This document shows, piece after piece, positions 29,632 through 42,119 of a stretch of DNA of 64,000 nt (the first letter of the stretch is position 1; every line of letters begins with the position of its first letter). Both the position numbers and the translations under genes were made by a program. The DNA is from Escherichia coli. GTDB taxonomy: Bacteria > Pseudomonadota > Gammaproteobacteria > Enterobacterales > Enterobacteriaceae. Under the pieces are notes generated by a model that was given only the letters and a program-made list of their open reading frames with translations, was not told the origin of the DNA and did not search any database. The stretch lies in NCBI RefSeq assembly GCF_041248615.1, contig NZ_CP158426.1, one strand, 5' to 3'.

Positions 29632-31708
29632 ATCGTTCCTCGCGCTGCTGCGCGGCGGCAATCTCGGCGTGCCGCTGGTGATCCTGTGTATTCTGGCGAT
29701 GGTTATTCTGCCGCTGCCGCCTGCGTTGCTGGATATTCTGTTCACCTTCAACATTGTGCTGGCGGTGATGGTGCTGCTGGTGGCCGTGTCGGCGAAACGT
29801 CCGCTGGAATTCAGCCTGTTCCCGACCATTTTGCTGATCACCACCTTAATGCGCCTGACGCTCAACGTTGCTTCTACGCGCGTGGTGTTGCTGCACGGGC
29901 ATCTCGGCGCGGGCGCGGCGGGTAAGGTGATTGAGTCATTTGGTCAGGTGGTGATTGGCGGCAACTTTGTCGTCGGCTTCGTGGTGTTTATCATCCTGAT
30001 GATCATCAACTTTATCGTCGTCACCAAAGGGGCCGAGCGTATTTCCGAGGTTTCTGCCCGCTTTACCCTGGACGCGATGCCCGGCAAACAGATGGCGATT
30101 GACGCCGATCTTAACGCCGGGTTGATCAACCAGGCGCAGGCGCAAACCCGGCGTAAAGATGTTGCCAGCGAGGCCGATTTCTACGGCGCAATGGACGGGG
30201 CATCGAAGTTTGTGCGCGGGGATGCCATCGCCGGGATGATGATTCTGGCGATCAACCTGATCGGCGGCGTCTGTATCGGGATCTTCAAATACAACCTGAG
30301 CGCCGATGCCGCCTTCCAGCAATATGTGCTGATGACCATCGGCGACGGCCTGGTGGCGCAGATCCCGTCCCTGCTGCTTTCCACCGCGGCGGCGATTATC
30401 GTCACCCGCGTCAGCGACAACGGCGATATTGCCCATGACGTGCGTAACCAGTTGCTGGCAAGCCCGTCGGTGCTCTACACCGCCACCGGGATCATGTTTG
30501 TGCTGGCGGTTGTGCCGGGGATGCCGCATCTGCCGTTTTTGCTGTTCAGCGCCCTGCTTGGTTTTACCGGCTGGCGGATGAGCAAACGCCCGCAGGCGGC
30601 GGAGGCGGAAGAGAAAAGCCTCGAAACACTGACCCGAACCATCACCGAAACCAGCGAGCAACAGGTCAGTTGGGAAACTATTCCGCTGATCGAGCCCATC
30701 AGCTTAAGCCTCGGCTACAAGCTGGTGGCGCTGGTGGACAAAGCACAGGGTAACCCGCTCACCCAGCGGATTCGCGGCGTGCGGCAGGTGATTTCTGACG
30801 GTAACGGCGTGCTGCTGCCGGAGATCCGCATTCGGGAAAACTTCCGCCTCAAGCCCAGCCAGTACGCCATTTTCATCAATGGCATTAAGGCTGATGAAGC
30901 GGATATTCCGGCGGATAAACTGATGGCCCTGCCCTCCAGCGAAACCTACGGCGAGATTGACGGCGTGCTGGGGAACGACCCGGCGTACGGGATGCCGGTG
31001 ACCTGGATCCAGCCCGCGCAGAAAGCGAAAGCGCTGAATATGGGGTATCAGGTGATCGACAGCGCCAGCGTGATTGCCACCCATGTGAACAAGATTGTCC
31101 GCAGCTATATTCCTGATTTGTTTAACTATGATGACATCACGCAGTTGCATAACCGTTTGTCGTCGATGGCACCGCGCCTGGCGGAAGATTTGAGCGCGGC
31201 GCTCAATTACAGCCAATTGCTGAAAGTGTACCGGGCGCTGCTGACCGAAGGCGTTTCCCTGCGCGATATTGTCACCATCGCCACCGTGCTGGTCGCCAGT
31301 AGCACAGTGACCAAAGATCATATCCTGCTGGCGGCCGATGTGCGCCTGGCATTGCGGCGCAGCATTACCCATCCGTTCGTTCGCAAGCAGGAGCTGACGG
31401 TGTATACGCTGAATAATGAGCTGGAAAATCTGCTCACCAACGTGGTGAATCAGGCGCAACAGGGCGGGAAAGTGATGCTCGACAGCGTGCCGGTCGATCC
31501 GAATATGCTCAACCAGTTCCAGAGTACGATGCCGCAGGTAAAAGAGCAGATGAAAGCGGCGGGGAAAGACCCGGTGCTGCTGGTGCCGCCGCAGTTGCGT
31601 CCTTTGCTGGCGCGTTATGCAAGGTTGTTTGCGCCGGGGCTGCATGTGCTGTCGTATAACGAAGTGCCGGACGAGCTGGAGTTGAAGATTATGGGGGCGT
31701 TGAGTTGA
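29615..31708 (+). CDS. lfhA: Flagellar export apparatus protein FlhA
   Basis: 697 aa; FlhA N-terminal TM domain and FHIPEP motif region. Confidence 0.95.
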   Translation: MAKTTKSFLALLRGGNLGVPLVILCILAMVILPLPPALLDILFTFNIVLAVMVLLVAVSAKRPLEFSLFPTILLITTLMRLTLNVASTRVVLLHGHLGAGAAGKVIESFGQVVIGGNFVVGFVVFIILMIINFIVVTKGAERISEVSARFTLDAMPGKQMAIDADLNAGLINQAQAQTRRKDVASEADFYGAMDGASKFVRGDAIAGMMILAINLIGGVCIGIFKYNLSADAAFQQYVLMTIGDGLVAQIPSLLLSTAAAIIVTRVSDNGDIAHDVRNQLLASPSVLYTATGIMFVLAVVPGMPHLPFLLFSALLGFTGWRMSKRPQAAEAEEKSLETLTRTITETSEQQVSWETIPLIEPISLSLGYKLVALVDKAQGNPLTQRIRGVRQVISDGNGVLLPEIRIRENFRLKPSQYAIFINGIKADEADIPADKLMALPSSETYGEIDGVLGNDPAYGMPVTWIQPAQKAKALNMGYQVIDSASVIATHVNKIVRSYIPDLFNYDDITQLHNRLSSMAPRLAEDLSAALNYSQLLKVYRALLTEGVSLRDIVTIATVLVASSTVTKDHILLAADVRLALRRSITHPFVRKQELTVYTLNNELENLLTNVVNQAQQGGKVMLDSVPVDPNMLNQFQSTMPQVKEQMKAAGKDPVLLVPPQLRPLLARYARLFAPGLHVLSYNEVPDELELKIMGALS

Positions 31709-31734
31709 TGGGGGAGACTATATAAGGTCTCGGA

Positions 31735-31764
31735 CTGTCCCCTCGCCCCTTTGGGGAGAGGGAG
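31735..31764. repeat. GC-rich imperfect palindromic intergenic repeat (copy B, inverted relative to copy A)
   Basis: ctgtcccctcgcccctttggggagagggag downstream of lfhA. Confidence 0.35.
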
Positions 31765-31805
31765 AAAAACGTGTACGACTTTAACTTTTTCGCAGTATTG
31801 CCGTC

Positions 31806-32564
31806 CTACAAAATCGTCTCTTCCGTCAAAATCCTGCGCGCGCCTAAAAAATGATCCTGCCAGAAAGGTTCAGCTAACCGACTTACCCGAATGGTTTCCC
31901 CGGTGCGCGGCGACTCGATAAACTGACCGTCTCCCAGATACACGCCCATATGATCGGCAATCTCGCGGCTGTGGATATGGAAAAACAGCAAATCTCCCCG
32001 GCGCAGGTCGTTGTTCGCCACAATCGTTGCCCGATGGTAGTGATACATCTCATTGGCCGTGCGCGGGAGCTTCGCCTCGAGGATCTTGTTGTAGGCATAA
32101 AAAACCAACCCGCTACAGTCGAAGCCTTGATCGGGCCGCGTGCCGCCCCAGACGTAAGGCTTGCCAAGCTGCTGCTCCAGGCGGTGAATCGCCACTTCGG
32201 TGATGTTGTGTAGATGGTCGCTGCTTAAGAAATGGTTGTTCTCCGCCAGCGCCTGCCAGCGTCTGTCACTTGCCTTGAGCGGCGCAGGAAACCATTCTGG
32301 ATGCTGTTTTATCTGTTCGCGGTTGTGCTGGCGCAGCGCCTTTCTGCTTTCGGCATTGCCTTCCACAATATAGCTGGCCTGTTTTTTCAGATGGGTTTGG
32401 TACTGTTTTAATAAACGCGCACGGTTTTGCATCCGCTGGCGGGCGGCGTAGCTGAAAGAGATATGTGATGTGGTGGCGCTGGCGAGTAAAGGGAGCAAAA
32501 CGCATAACGAAAACACGCCTGGATGCAGAAATCTGCCGTGAAAGAACGAAGACATGAAGGACAT
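31806..32564 (-). CDS. yafL: NlpC/P60 family peptidase YafL
   Basis: 252 aa; catalytic Cys context GFDCSGLV; near-identical to E. coli YafL as recalled. Confidence 0.85.
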   Translation of the reverse strand: MSFMSSFFHGRFLHPGVFSLCVLLPLLASATTSHISFSYAARQRMQNRARLLKQYQTHLKKQASYIVEGNAESRKALRQHNREQIKQHPEWFPAPLKASDRRWQALAENNHFLSSDHLHNITEVAIHRLEQQLGKPYVWGGTRPDQGFDCSGLVFYAYNKILEAKLPRTANEMYHYHRATIVANNDLRRGDLLFFHIHSREIADHMGVYLGDGQFIESPRTGETIRVSRLAEPFWQDHFLGARRILTEETIL

Positions 32565-32855
32565 AAACCGGCTGAATGAAGGTGAGAATTTTAAAAGACC
32601 AGAGGAGTAAACGGGATTATTAATTGCTTATTTGCATATTACTATTGAGGTTTCATAATCTTAGGAAATAAATGATACATGCGCTTTTCGGACTAATGAA
32701 AACTGCCCCTGTGCTAAATTTGTAAACCCTGCGCCGACAGGCTTGCGTAAAACTCTTTTGGTGATAATGTGAGCCTTCCAAATCCAGACTATTCCGATTT
32801 GGGATCCATTTTGCCGTCCTGGCGTGTGTAACCGTTTTATCAAGGAATAAGCAGT

Positions 32856-33596
32856 ATGCGTAAAATCGCATTAATTCTTGCGATGTTGTTGATCCCGTGC
32901 GTTTCGTTTGCCGGTTTGCTGGGCAGCAGTAGCTCGACCACGCCAGTGAGCAAAGAGTATAAGCAGCAGTTGATGGGATCCCCTGTCTACATCCAGATCT
33001 TCAAGGAAGAACGTACGCTCGATCTCTACGTCAAAATGGGCGAGCAATATCAACTGCTCGACAGCTATAAAATCTGTAAATATTCCGGCGGCTTGGGGCC
33101 AAAACAGCGTCAGGGCGATTTCAAAAGCCCGGAAGGGTTTTATAGCGTCCAGCGTAATCAGTTAAAACCAGACAGCCGTTACTACAAAGCGATTAATATT
33201 GGATTCCCCAATGCCTATGACCGTGCGCATGGTTATGAAGGGAAATACCTGATGATCCACGGTGATTGTGTTTCCATCGGCTGCTACGCAATGACCAATC
33301 AGGGTATTGATGAGATCTTCCAGTTCGTTACTGGTGCGCTGGTGTTTGGTCAGCCGAGCGTGCAAGTGAGTATTTACCCGTTCCGCATGACCGACGCCAA
33401 TATGAAGCGCCATAAATATTCCAACTTTAAGGACTTCTGGGAGCAGCTGAAGCCAGGTTACGACTACTTTGAGCAAACCCGTAAGCCACCGACCGTTTCT
33501 GTGGTCAATGGTCGTTACGTGGTCAGCAAGCCGTTAAGCCACGAAGTTGTGCAACCACAGCTGGCATCAAACTACACGCTCCCCGAGGCAAAATAA
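32856..33596 (+). CDS. yafK: L,D-transpeptidase family protein YafK
   Basis: 246 aa; YkuD-type [14 protein letters not shown]; matches E. coli YafK; 30-bp convergent overlap with yafJ as in K-12. Confidence 0.9.
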   Translation: MRKIALILAMLLIPCVSFAGLLGSSSSTTPVSKEYKQQLMGSPVYIQIFKEERTLDLYVKMGEQYQLLDSYKICKYSGGLGPKQRQGDFKSPEGFYSVQRNQLKPDSRYYKAINIGFPNAYDRAHGYEGKYLMIHGDCVSIGCYAMTNQGIDEIFQFVTGALVFGQPSVQVSIYPFRMTDANMKRHKYSNFKDFWEQLKPGYDYFEQTRKPPTVSVVNGRYVVSKPLSHEVVQPQLASNYTLPEAK

Positions 33597-34334
33597 GCGC
33601 CATTCGCCTGGCATAATCTTTTGCCAGGTTTCATTGCCCGTCAGCGGCTGTGTCGCAATCACCGTGACCACATCATTCGGTGTGGTCTGCGAGCTGAAGT
33701 CGATTTCCACATCCTGATCCAGCAACGTTGCCACGCCAAACGGCGCACGACGGGTGATCCAGTGTAAATTAGTCGAGCAATACGCCATCACATAGCGCCC
33801 GTCAGAAAGCAACATGTTGAAAACGCCCTTCTGCCGCAGTTCATCCGCCAGTGAGGCGATATATTTAAATACCGCCGCCATATTGCCCGGTGTGCGCGGG
33901 TAACGCTGCGTTAATTTATGCAGGAGCCAGCAGAAGGCTTTTTCGCTATCGGTTTCACCGACCGGGCGGAAGTTGCCGGTTTCCAGTGATTTGTACCCCG
34001 TCAGTTGCCCGTTATGGGCATAAGTCCAGTTGCGTCCCCATAACTCGCGGGTAAACGGGTGAGTATTTTCCAGCGCCACCTCGCCCCGATTCGCCTGGCG
34101 AATATGAGCCACCACCGAACAGGATTTTATCGGGTAGTCCTGGACAAGTTTGGCGATGGGGGAATTAAAGCTGGGTTGTGGATCTTTAAATGTGCGACAG
34201 CCTTTACCTTCGTAAAAGGTAATGCCCCAGCCATCTTTATGTGGCCCGGTTCCACCACCACGCTGCACCAGACCGGTGAAACTAAAGCAGATATCGGTAG
34301 GGACGTTGGCGCTCATCCCGAGCAATTCGCACAT
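33567..34334 (-). CDS. yafJ: Class II glutamine amidotransferase YafJ
   Basis: Start set to MCELLGM (Cys2 nucleophile), matching E. coli YafJ; ORF-track start is 27 nt upstream. Confidence 0.9.
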   Translation of the reverse strand: MCELLGMSANVPTDICFSFTGLVQRGGGTGPHKDGWGITFYEGKGCRTFKDPQPSFNSPIAKLVQDYPIKSCSVVAHIRQANRGEVALENTHPFTRELWGRNWTYAHNGQLTGYKSLETGNFRPVGETDSEKAFCWLLHKLTQRYPRTPGNMAAVFKYIASLADELRQKGVFNMLLSDGRYVMAYCSTNLHWITRRAPFGVATLLDQDVEIDFSSQTTPNDVVTVIATQPLTGNETWQKIMPGEWRLFCLGERVV

Positions 34335-34411
34335 GGGTAACCTCCACAACAGCGGGAGCACATGGCCCCCGGCGAAGATTGATTTAAGAATTTTCAGGCC
34401 GGATGCGGCGT

Positions 34412-35168
<757 letters not shown>

Positions 35169-35272
35169 ATCAGCATACTTGTCCTTAGCCTTCTGCAGTG
35201 ACAGCTGGTAGTACAGCGTGCTTCTGGCCAGCCCTGCAGCCTTTAACAGGTCAGACTGGCAGTGTCCGCACC

Positions 35273-35803
35273 TCAGGCTCCGGATGACTTTCGTTTTTTC
35301 TCCAGCTCCTGGCGCTTTTTTTCCAGGAGATGCTCCTGCATGGCTTTCAGATATGCATTTTCTGCGCGAAGATAACGCAGCTCATTCTTCATCTCTTCCG
35401 GCGTCATGTTTGCCTCGTTTTCATGGGTATCATCAGAACGGGTCATGCTTTTCTCCTTCCTGCGCCTGATAAAGGCCTCATTACCAGATTTGCGGTAGCC
35501 TTTTATCCAGTTTTTAACCGTGTTGTGGCTGGGAATGTTAAACCGGGCAGCTACCCGGGGTAGAGACTCAGAATGCCCGAGAGCATAAAGAACCACGCAA
35601 AGTTTATCTTCAGGAGAATAGCTACGCTTGTGTCTGCAATCCAGTGCCCGAGGACCGTGAAGAAGAAAAAGATTAATCCAGTGTGAGAGGCTGGTGTGAG
35701 AAAGTTGAAAGAGTTTTGCCGTAGAAATGATGCCTGCATGACCAGCCAGGTAATGATTTACAGCGGCAAGTTTTACTTCAAATGAATGTTTCATAAACTG
35801 CAC
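35273..35803 (-). CDS. IS3-family transposase OrfA (HTH/leucine zipper)
   Basis: 176 aa; HTH and C-terminal leucine zipper typical of IS3 OrfA. Confidence 0.85.
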   Translation of the reverse strand: MQFMKHSFEVKLAAVNHYLAGHAGIISTAKLFQLSHTSLSHWINLFLLHGPRALDCRHKRSYSPEDKLCVVLYALGHSESLPRVAARFNIPSHNTVKNWIKGYRKSGNEAFIRRRKEKSMTRSDDTHENEANMTPEEMKNELRYLRAENAYLKAMQEHLLEKKRQELEKKRKSSGA

Positions 35804-35874
35804 CTTCAGATGTCAGATTATGTCCAACATTTGGGGTGCAGTTCAGTAAACGTCTTATCCGGCCTACGCCAGAC

Positions 35875-36453
35875 TTACTTAACCATCTCTTTTTCAATCA
35901 ACTGGATCAGGATATGGATCACTTTAATGTGAATCTCCTGAATGCGGTCGGCATAACCAAAGTGCGGTACGCGAATTTCGATATCCGCCGTGCCAGCCAT
36001 TTTGCCGCCATCTTTACCGGTCAAGGTGATCACTTTCATCCCCTTCTCACGCGCCGCTGCGATCGCTTTGATCACGTTTGCAGAGTTACCGGAGGTAGAG
36101 ATCCCCAGCAGTACATCGCCTTCGCGACCTACCGCTTCAACGTAACGGGAGAAAATATCATTGAAACCAAAATCGTTACCGACGCAGGAAATATGACTAA
36201 CGTCAGAAATGGCAATCGCCGGGTAGCCCGGACGGTTTTCACGGTAGCGACCGGTCAACTCTTCGGCAAAGTGCATAGCGTCGCAATGGGAGCCGCCGTT
36301 GCCGCAGGAAAGCACTTTGCCACCAGCTTTAAAGCTGTCTGCTAACAGGACCGCCGCGCGCTGAATGGCGTGAATATTGGCGTCATCTTTTAAAAAGTTA
36401 GCCAGCGTTTCCGCCGCTTCGTTCAGTTCGTTACGAATAAGATCCTGGTACAT
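35875..36453 (-). CDS. gmhA: Phosphoheptose isomerase GmhA
   Basis: [17 protein letters not shown]... identical in pattern to E. coli GmhA (192 aa); ORF-track start 36615 is a spurious upstream extension. Confidence 0.95.
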
Positions 36454-36692
36454 GAGGATATCCTTCAGCATAAATGTAATAGACAAAATGCAGTGTACCG
36501 GATACCGCCAAAAGCGAGAAGTACGGGCAGGTGCTATGACCAGGACTTTTTGACCTGAAGTGCGGATAAAAACAGCAACAATGTGAGCTTTGTTGTAATT
36601 ATATTGTAAACACATTGCTAAATGTTTTTACATCCACTACAACCATATCATCACAAGTGGTCAGACCTCCTACAAGTAAGGGGCTTTTCGTT

Positions 36693-39137
36693 ATGATGAT
36701 TTTGAGTATTCTCGCTACGGTTGTCCTGCTCGGCGCGTTGTTCTATCACCGCGTGAGCTTATTTATCAGCAGTCTGATTTTGCTCGCCTGGACAGCCGCC
36801 CTCGGCGTTGCTGGTCTGTGGTCGGCGTGGGTACTGGTGCCTCTGGCCATTATCCTCGTGCCATTTAACCTTACGCCTATGCGTAAGTCGATGATTTCCG
36901 CGCCGGTATTTCGCGGTTTCCGTAAGGTGATGCCGCCGATGTCGCGCACTGAGAAAGAAGCGATTGATGCGGGCACCACCTGGTGGGAAGGCGATTTGTT
37001 CCAGGGCAAGCCGGACTGGAAAAAGCTGCATAACTATCCGCAGCCGCGCCTGACCGCAGAAGAGCAAGCGTTTCTCGACGGCCCGGTAGAAGAAGCCTGC
37101 CGGATGGCGAATGATTTCCAGATTACTCATGAGCTGGCTGATTTGCCGCCGGAGTTGTGGGCGTACCTTAAAGAGCATCGTTTCTTCGCGATGATCATCA
37201 AAAAAGAGTACGGCGGGCTGGAGTTCTCGGCTTATGCCCAGTCTCGCGTGCTGCAAAAACTCTCCGGCGTGAGCGGGATCCTGGCGATTACCGTCGGCGT
37301 GCCAAACTCATTAGGCCCGGGTGAGCTACTGCAACATTACGGCACTGACGAGCAGAAAGATCACTATCTGCCGCGTCTGGCGCGTGGTCAGGAAATCCCT
37401 TGCTTTGCACTGACCAGCCCGGAAGCGGGTTCCGATGCGGGCGCGATTCCGGATACCGGGATTGTCTGCATGGGCGAATGGCTGGGCCAGCAGGTGCTGG
37501 GCATGCGTCTGACCTGGAACAAGCGTTACATTACGCTGGCACCGATTGCGACTGTGCTTGGCCTGGCGTTTAAACTCTCCGACCCGGAAAAACTGCTGGG
37601 TGGCGCAGAAGATTTAGGTATTACCTGTGCGCTGATCCCGACCACCACGCCGGGCGTGGAAATTGGTCGTCGCCATTTCCCGCTGAACGTACCGTTCCAG
37701 AACGGACCGACGCGCGGTAAAGATGTCTTCGTACCGATCGATTACATTATCGGCGGACCAAAAATGGCCGGGCAAGGCTGGCGGATGCTGGTGGAGTGCC
37801 TCTCGGTAGGCCGCGGTATCACCCTGCCTTCCAACTCAACCGGCGGCGTGAAATCGGTAGCGCTGGCAACGGGTGCGTATGCGCACATCCGCCGTCAGTT
37901 CAAAATCTCTATTGGTAAGATGGAAGGGATTGAAGAGCCGCTGGCGCGTATTGCCGGAAACGCTTATGTAATGGATGCTGCGGCATCGCTGATTACCTAC
38001 GGCATTATGCTCGGTGAAAAACCTGCCGTGCTGTCGGCTATCGTTAAGTATCACTGTACCCACCGCGGGCAGCAGTCGATTATTGATGCGATGGATATCA
38101 CTGGTGGTAAAGGCATTATGCTCGGGCAAAGCAACTTCCTGGCCCGTGCTTACCAGGGCGCACCGATTGCCATCACCGTTGAAGGGGCCAACATTCTGAC
38201 CCGTAGCATGATGATCTTCGGTCAGGGGGCGATTCGTTGCCATCCGTACGTGCTGGAAGAGATGGAAGCGGCGAAGAACAATGACGTAAACGCGTTCGAT
38301 AAACTGCTGTTCAAACATATCGGTCACGTCGGTAGCAACAAAGTTCGCAGCTTCTGGCTGGGCCTGACGCGCGGTTTAACCAGCAGCACGCCAACCGGCG
38401 ATGCCACTAAACGCTACTATCAGCACCTGAACCGCCTGAGCGCCAACCTCGCCCTGCTTTCTGATGTCTCGATGGCTGTGCTGGGCGGCAGCCTGAAACG
38501 TCGCGAGCGTATCTCGGCACGTCTGGGGGATATTTTAAGCCAGCTTTACCTCGCCTCTGCCGTTCTGAAGCGTTATGACGACGAAGGCCGTAATGAAGCC
38601 GACCTGCCGCTGGTGCACTGGGGCGTACAGGATGCGCTGTATCAGGCAGAACAGGCGATGGACGATTTACTGCAAAACTTCCCGAACCGCGTGGTTGCCG
38701 GGCTGCTGAATGTGGTGATCTTCCCGACCGGACGTCATTATCTGGCACCGTCTGACAAGCTGGATCATAAAGTGGCGAAGATTTTACAAGTGCCGAACGC
38801 CACTCGTTCACGTATTGGTCGCGGTCAGTACCTGACGCCAAGCGAGCATAACCCGGTTGGTTTACTGGAAGAGGCGCTGGTGGATGTGATTGCCGCCGAC
38901 CCGATTCATCAGCGGATCTGTAAAGAGCTGGGTAAAAATCTGCCATTTACCCGTCTGGATGAACTGGCGCACAACGCGCTGGCGAAGGGGCTGATTGATA
39001 AAGATGAAGCCGCTATTCTGGTGAAAGCTGAAGAAAGCCGTCTGCGCAGTATTAACGTTGATGACTTTGATCCGGAAGAGCTGGCGACGAAGCCGGTAAA
39101 GTTGCCGGAGAAAGTGCGGAAAGTTGAAGCCGCGTAA
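36693..39137 (+). CDS. fadE: Acyl-CoA dehydrogenase FadE
   Basis: 814 aa from [20 protein letters not shown], matching E. coli FadE. Confidence 0.95.
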   Translation: MMILSILATVVLLGALFYHRVSLFISSLILLAWTAALGVAGLWSAWVLVPLAIILVPFNLTPMRKSMISAPVFRGFRKVMPPMSRTEKEAIDAGTTWWEGDLFQGKPDWKKLHNYPQPRLTAEEQAFLDGPVEEACRMANDFQITHELADLPPELWAYLKEHRFFAMIIKKEYGGLEFSAYAQSRVLQKLSGVSGILAITVGVPNSLGPGELLQHYGTDEQKDHYLPRLARGQEIPCFALTSPEAGSDAGAIPDTGIVCMGEWLGQQVLGMRLTWNKRYITLAPIATVLGLAFKLSDPEKLLGGAEDLGITCALIPTTTPGVEIGRRHFPLNVPFQNGPTRGKDVFVPIDYIIGGPKMAGQGWRMLVECLSVGRGITLPSNSTGGVKSVALATGAYAHIRRQFKISIGKMEGIEEPLARIAGNAYVMDAAASLITYGIMLGEKPAVLSAIVKYHCTHRGQQSIIDAMDITGGKGIMLGQSNFLARAYQGAPIAITVEGANILTRSMMIFGQGAIRCHPYVLEEMEAAKNNDVNAFDKLLFKHIGHVGSNKVRSFWLGLTRGLTSSTPTGDATKRYYQHLNRLSANLALLSDVSMAVLGGSLKRRERISARLGDILSQLYLASAVLKRYDDEGRNEADLPLVHWGVQDALYQAEQAMDDLLQNFPNRVVAGLLNVVIFPTGRHYLAPSDKLDHKVAKILQVPNATRSRIGRGQYLTPSEHNPVGLLEEALVDVIAADPIHQRICKELGKNLPFTRLDELAHNALAKGLIDKDEAAILVKAEESRLRSINVDDFDPEELATKPVKLPEKVRKVEAA

Positions 39138-39144
39138 TTGAATA

Positions 39145-39170
39145 ACGGAGCCGAAAGGCTCCGTTTCTTT
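39145..39170 (+). terminator. Rho-independent terminator after fadE (may also serve convergent ivy)
   Basis: acggagcc-gaaa-ggctccgt hairpin followed by TTCTTT. Confidence 0.6.
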
Positions 39171-39179
39171 ATCCGCTAA

Positions 39180-39653
39180 TTATTTAAAATTAAAGCCATC
39201 CGGATGGTTTTCCAGGCTGCCGGTCAACGCCGCGAACAGCACCGTTTTACCATCAATCGAAAGCGCATCGTTCACATTCAACCAGGTGAGTTTCTCTTGC
39301 GACGTTTTCTCATCAATAGTCGAGAATAGCCCCGTCATCTGATTAGATTTCGCGGACCACATCACAGCGATACGTTGCGAGCCACAATCATGCGGTTTGC
39401 ACGCGCTCATCACCTGATACGTCTCATCTCCCAACGTTACGGTTTGTGCGGGAGTATAAGTACCGCCTTTCATCACCCATGCAGGTAGCTTATGCCCTTG
39501 CACCATCTGATTAAACGCAGCTTTGGTGGTTTCGCCCTTTGCAAGGCTGCTAATGGTTAAATCATCCTGCGCCATTGCACTGGTGGCGATGACCAGAGCG
39601 GCAACTGTCGTTATTGCCTTAAACATCATTCCTCCCGAGCTTATCCTGCCCAT
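39180..39653 (-). CDS. ivy: Inhibitor of vertebrate lysozyme Ivy
   Basis: 157 aa; MGRISSGGMMFKAITTVAALVIATSAMA signal and CKPHDC motif, matches E. coli Ivy. Confidence 0.95.
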   Translation of the reverse strand: MGRISSGGMMFKAITTVAALVIATSAMAQDDLTISSLAKGETTKAAFNQMVQGHKLPAWVMKGGTYTPAQTVTLGDETYQVMSACKPHDCGSQRIAVMWSAKSNQMTGLFSTIDEKTSQEKLTWLNVNDALSIDGKTVLFAALTGSLENHPDGFNFK

Positions 39654-39806
39654 GTTATTAACCTCCTAAAGCCTGGCGATAACACGATAATTTGCAAATC
39701 AGATATTTCCAATATCAGCATTTGTTATCAATTTATTCTGCGCTAAGGCAACTGCCTGATAAGGTGTTAGAGTTATAAAACCCTTCGCATAAAGGAGTTG
39801 TACACC

Positions 39807-40577
39807 GTGTCTGGTTTGAAGATTACGCTTTTACAGCAACCACTGGTGTGGATGGATGGTCCTGCCAACCTGCGTCATTTTGATCGTCAACTGGAAGGTA
39901 TTACCGGACGCGATGTGATCGTTCTACCGGAGATGTTTACCAGCGGCTTTGCCATGGAAGCGGCAGCTTCGTCGCTAGCACAAGATGACGTAGTGAACTG
40001 GATGACAGCCAAAGCGCAGCAGTGCAATGCGCTGATTGCAGGCAGTGTTGCATTACAAACGGAGTCTGGTTCGGTTAACCGCTTTTTGCTGGTTGAGCCG
40101 GGCGGCACGGTACATTTTTATGATAAGCGTCATCTGTTCCGCATGGCAGATGAGCATCTACATTATAAAGCGGGCAATGCGCGAGTGATTGTGGAATGGC
40201 GCGGCTGGCGTATTTTGCCGCTGGTGTGCTACGACTTACGTTTTCCGGTGTGGTCGCGCAATCTCAACGATTATGACCTCGCCATCTACGTTGCCAACTG
40301 GCCTGCTCCGCGCTCTCTGCACTGGCAGGCATTGCTGACGGCCCGCGCGATTGAGAATCAGGCGTATGTGGCGGGATGCAATCGCGTCGGCAGCGATGGC
40401 AACGGCTGCCATTATCGCGGTGACAGCCGGGTGATTAATCCACAGGGCGAGATTATCGCTACTGCCGACGCGCATCAGGCAACGCGCATTGATGCGGAGC
40501 TGTCGATGGTGGCATTGCGGGAATATAGAGAAAAGTTTCCGGCATGGCGGGATGCGGATGAGTTTAGGTTGTGGTGA
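39807..40577 (+). CDS. yafV: Nitrilase-superfamily omega-amidase YafV
   Basis: Start set to GTG 39807 (AAGGAG 9 nt upstream); catalytic Cys context LPLVCYDLRFP; matches E. coli YafV. Confidence 0.9.
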   Translation: MSGLKITLLQQPLVWMDGPANLRHFDRQLEGITGRDVIVLPEMFTSGFAMEAAASSLAQDDVVNWMTAKAQQCNALIAGSVALQTESGSVNRFLLVEPGGTVHFYDKRHLFRMADEHLHYKAGNARVIVEWRGWRILPLVCYDLRFPVWSRNLNDYDLAIYVANWPAPRSLHWQALLTARAIENQAYVAGCNRVGSDGNGCHYRGDSRVINPQGEIIATADAHQATRIDAELSMVALREYREKFPAWRDADEFRLW

Positions 40578-40671
40578 GTGGGTGTTGTGTTTAGGGGCGG
40601 GGTAAGACTACGGGTCAGGGCAAGATTACGAAAGCCCGGAGCCTGTCCATCATTCTGTGTAAATGCCTTTC

Positions 40672-40990
40672 TCAGAAGTGACCGTCAAGGCGGTCACCGA
40701 ACTCGATAATAAAGCGACTCTTCCCTATCCGCCAGTCCTGAAGTGGCATCGTCCATTTTTGCGACGCTGACTGGAAAGCCAGCCACACCACTTTTTTCAC
40801 CGACTCATCTGTCGGGAACACTTTCCGTTTCTTTATCGCATGTGTGATGATGCTATTCAGCGATTCGATTGCGTTAGTGGTGTAGATAACCTTGCGGATC
40901 GCCTCCGGGTACACGAAGAATGTGGCAACATTCGGCCAGTTTGCCCGCCAGCTGCGACTTATCTGCGGGTACCGTGCATCCCATTCCTTC
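40672..40990 (-). pseudogene. IS256-family (mutator-type) transposase, C-terminal fragment only
   Basis: Encodes ..ANWPNVATFFVYPEAIRKVIYTTNAIESLN...KWTMPLQDWR.. which matches only the last ~105 aa of IS256-like transposases. Confidence 0.6.
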
Positions 40991-41001
40991 CCAGGGAAAG
41001 A

Positions 41002-42119
41002 TTACGAAAGCCCGCTCCCCGCAAGGACTGACGCCAGATAGTTTCTGTCCATGGCTGCTTTTCGCATCTTACGTCTTAACCCTGCCTTGAATACCTTATC
41101 ATTCGTCAAAATATTAATAGCGATGTGCCGTATCCCTGAAAATAATTCTGCTGCATTTCCTCTTCTTATTTTGCAGTCGTCTTCATTCATTACCACGTCC
41201 AGACGCCAGTGCAGCTTATTCTCCACGTGCCAGTGGTTTCGGATTGCTGTGGCGAACTTCTCTGCGGTTAAATCAGCAGAACTAATATAATATCTGACCG
41301 TCATTTCTGGCTCTTTCTTTTGTTCTGCTATTATTGACCGAAAGGAGACTGCCACGCATAATTTCTTCAGACCTTTCCATTCAAACGTGAAATCAATAAG
41401 TTCATCAGGGACATCGCAAACAATGTGAAGACGGATTTCTTCTCTGCCGTGACTCTTTTCACTCATTGCGTAACTGTCATGCTCTGGATTATTTAATTCT
41501 TTCAGCGGAAATTCTCGAAGGCTTTATTTAGCCGCCCCTGGTTTCCTTTTACAGCGAATAAATAATCACCTCCCTGTTTTTGTATCTTCTCTGCAATATC
41601 TTTCTGGCAACCCATCGCATCAGTTGTGATGATTTTTCCTTTAATATCCAGCATGTTAAGAAGTTCTGGGATAGCTGTAATTTCATTGGATTTCTCATCC
41701 GTCCTGATCTGTCCGATGACCAGACTGTGCATTGTTGAGAACGCACTAATGACATGAATCGCTCCCTTGCGGCGACTCTTGTCATAAGAATGCCGGAGTG
41801 TTTTTCCATCAATTGCGATGACGTCTTTATCATCTGAAGTATGGCAATCTCGCATCCAGTTAATAAAGCACTCGTGAAATTTTGCAGGACTGATACAGGA
41901 TACAACTCTGGCGATGGTATCGTGAACAGGAATACCATTTTCAAAATCACCGTATTGTTTTAAAAAATCGAGATGTGTTTCCCCAAAATCCTCTATATCT
42001 TCCCAACCTTCCGCACCCGAAATAACAGCACAAATAGTCAACAGTAGAATATCCGATAATTTATGTTCCACTTTCCAGGCTTGTCTGTAATCGGGGATAA
42101 TAGAAATATGCCCCATCAA
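41002..42119 (-). pseudogene. ISAs1-family (H-repeat-associated) transposase, frameshifted
   Basis: Two ORFs (41502-42119 and 41002-41466) cover N- and C-terminal parts; reading continues in another frame across 41466-41505 ([15 protein letters not shown]), showing a small deletion near KAFE|NF. Confidence 0.75.

Noticed and set aside
28876-31645. Long minus-strand ORFs (329 aa, 241 aa, 313 aa)
   Set aside because: All antisense to flhB/flhA, whose frames carry strong family signatures
36746-38946. Minus-strand ORFs of 165, 163 and 179 aa
   Set aside because: Antisense to fadE, which matches the known protein essentially throughout
40578-40671. Expected tRNA-Asp (aspV) attachment site downstream of yafV
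   Set aside because: No tRNA-like sequence or cloverleaf-compatible segment seen here; the tRNA, if it is the island anchor, must lie beyond the window
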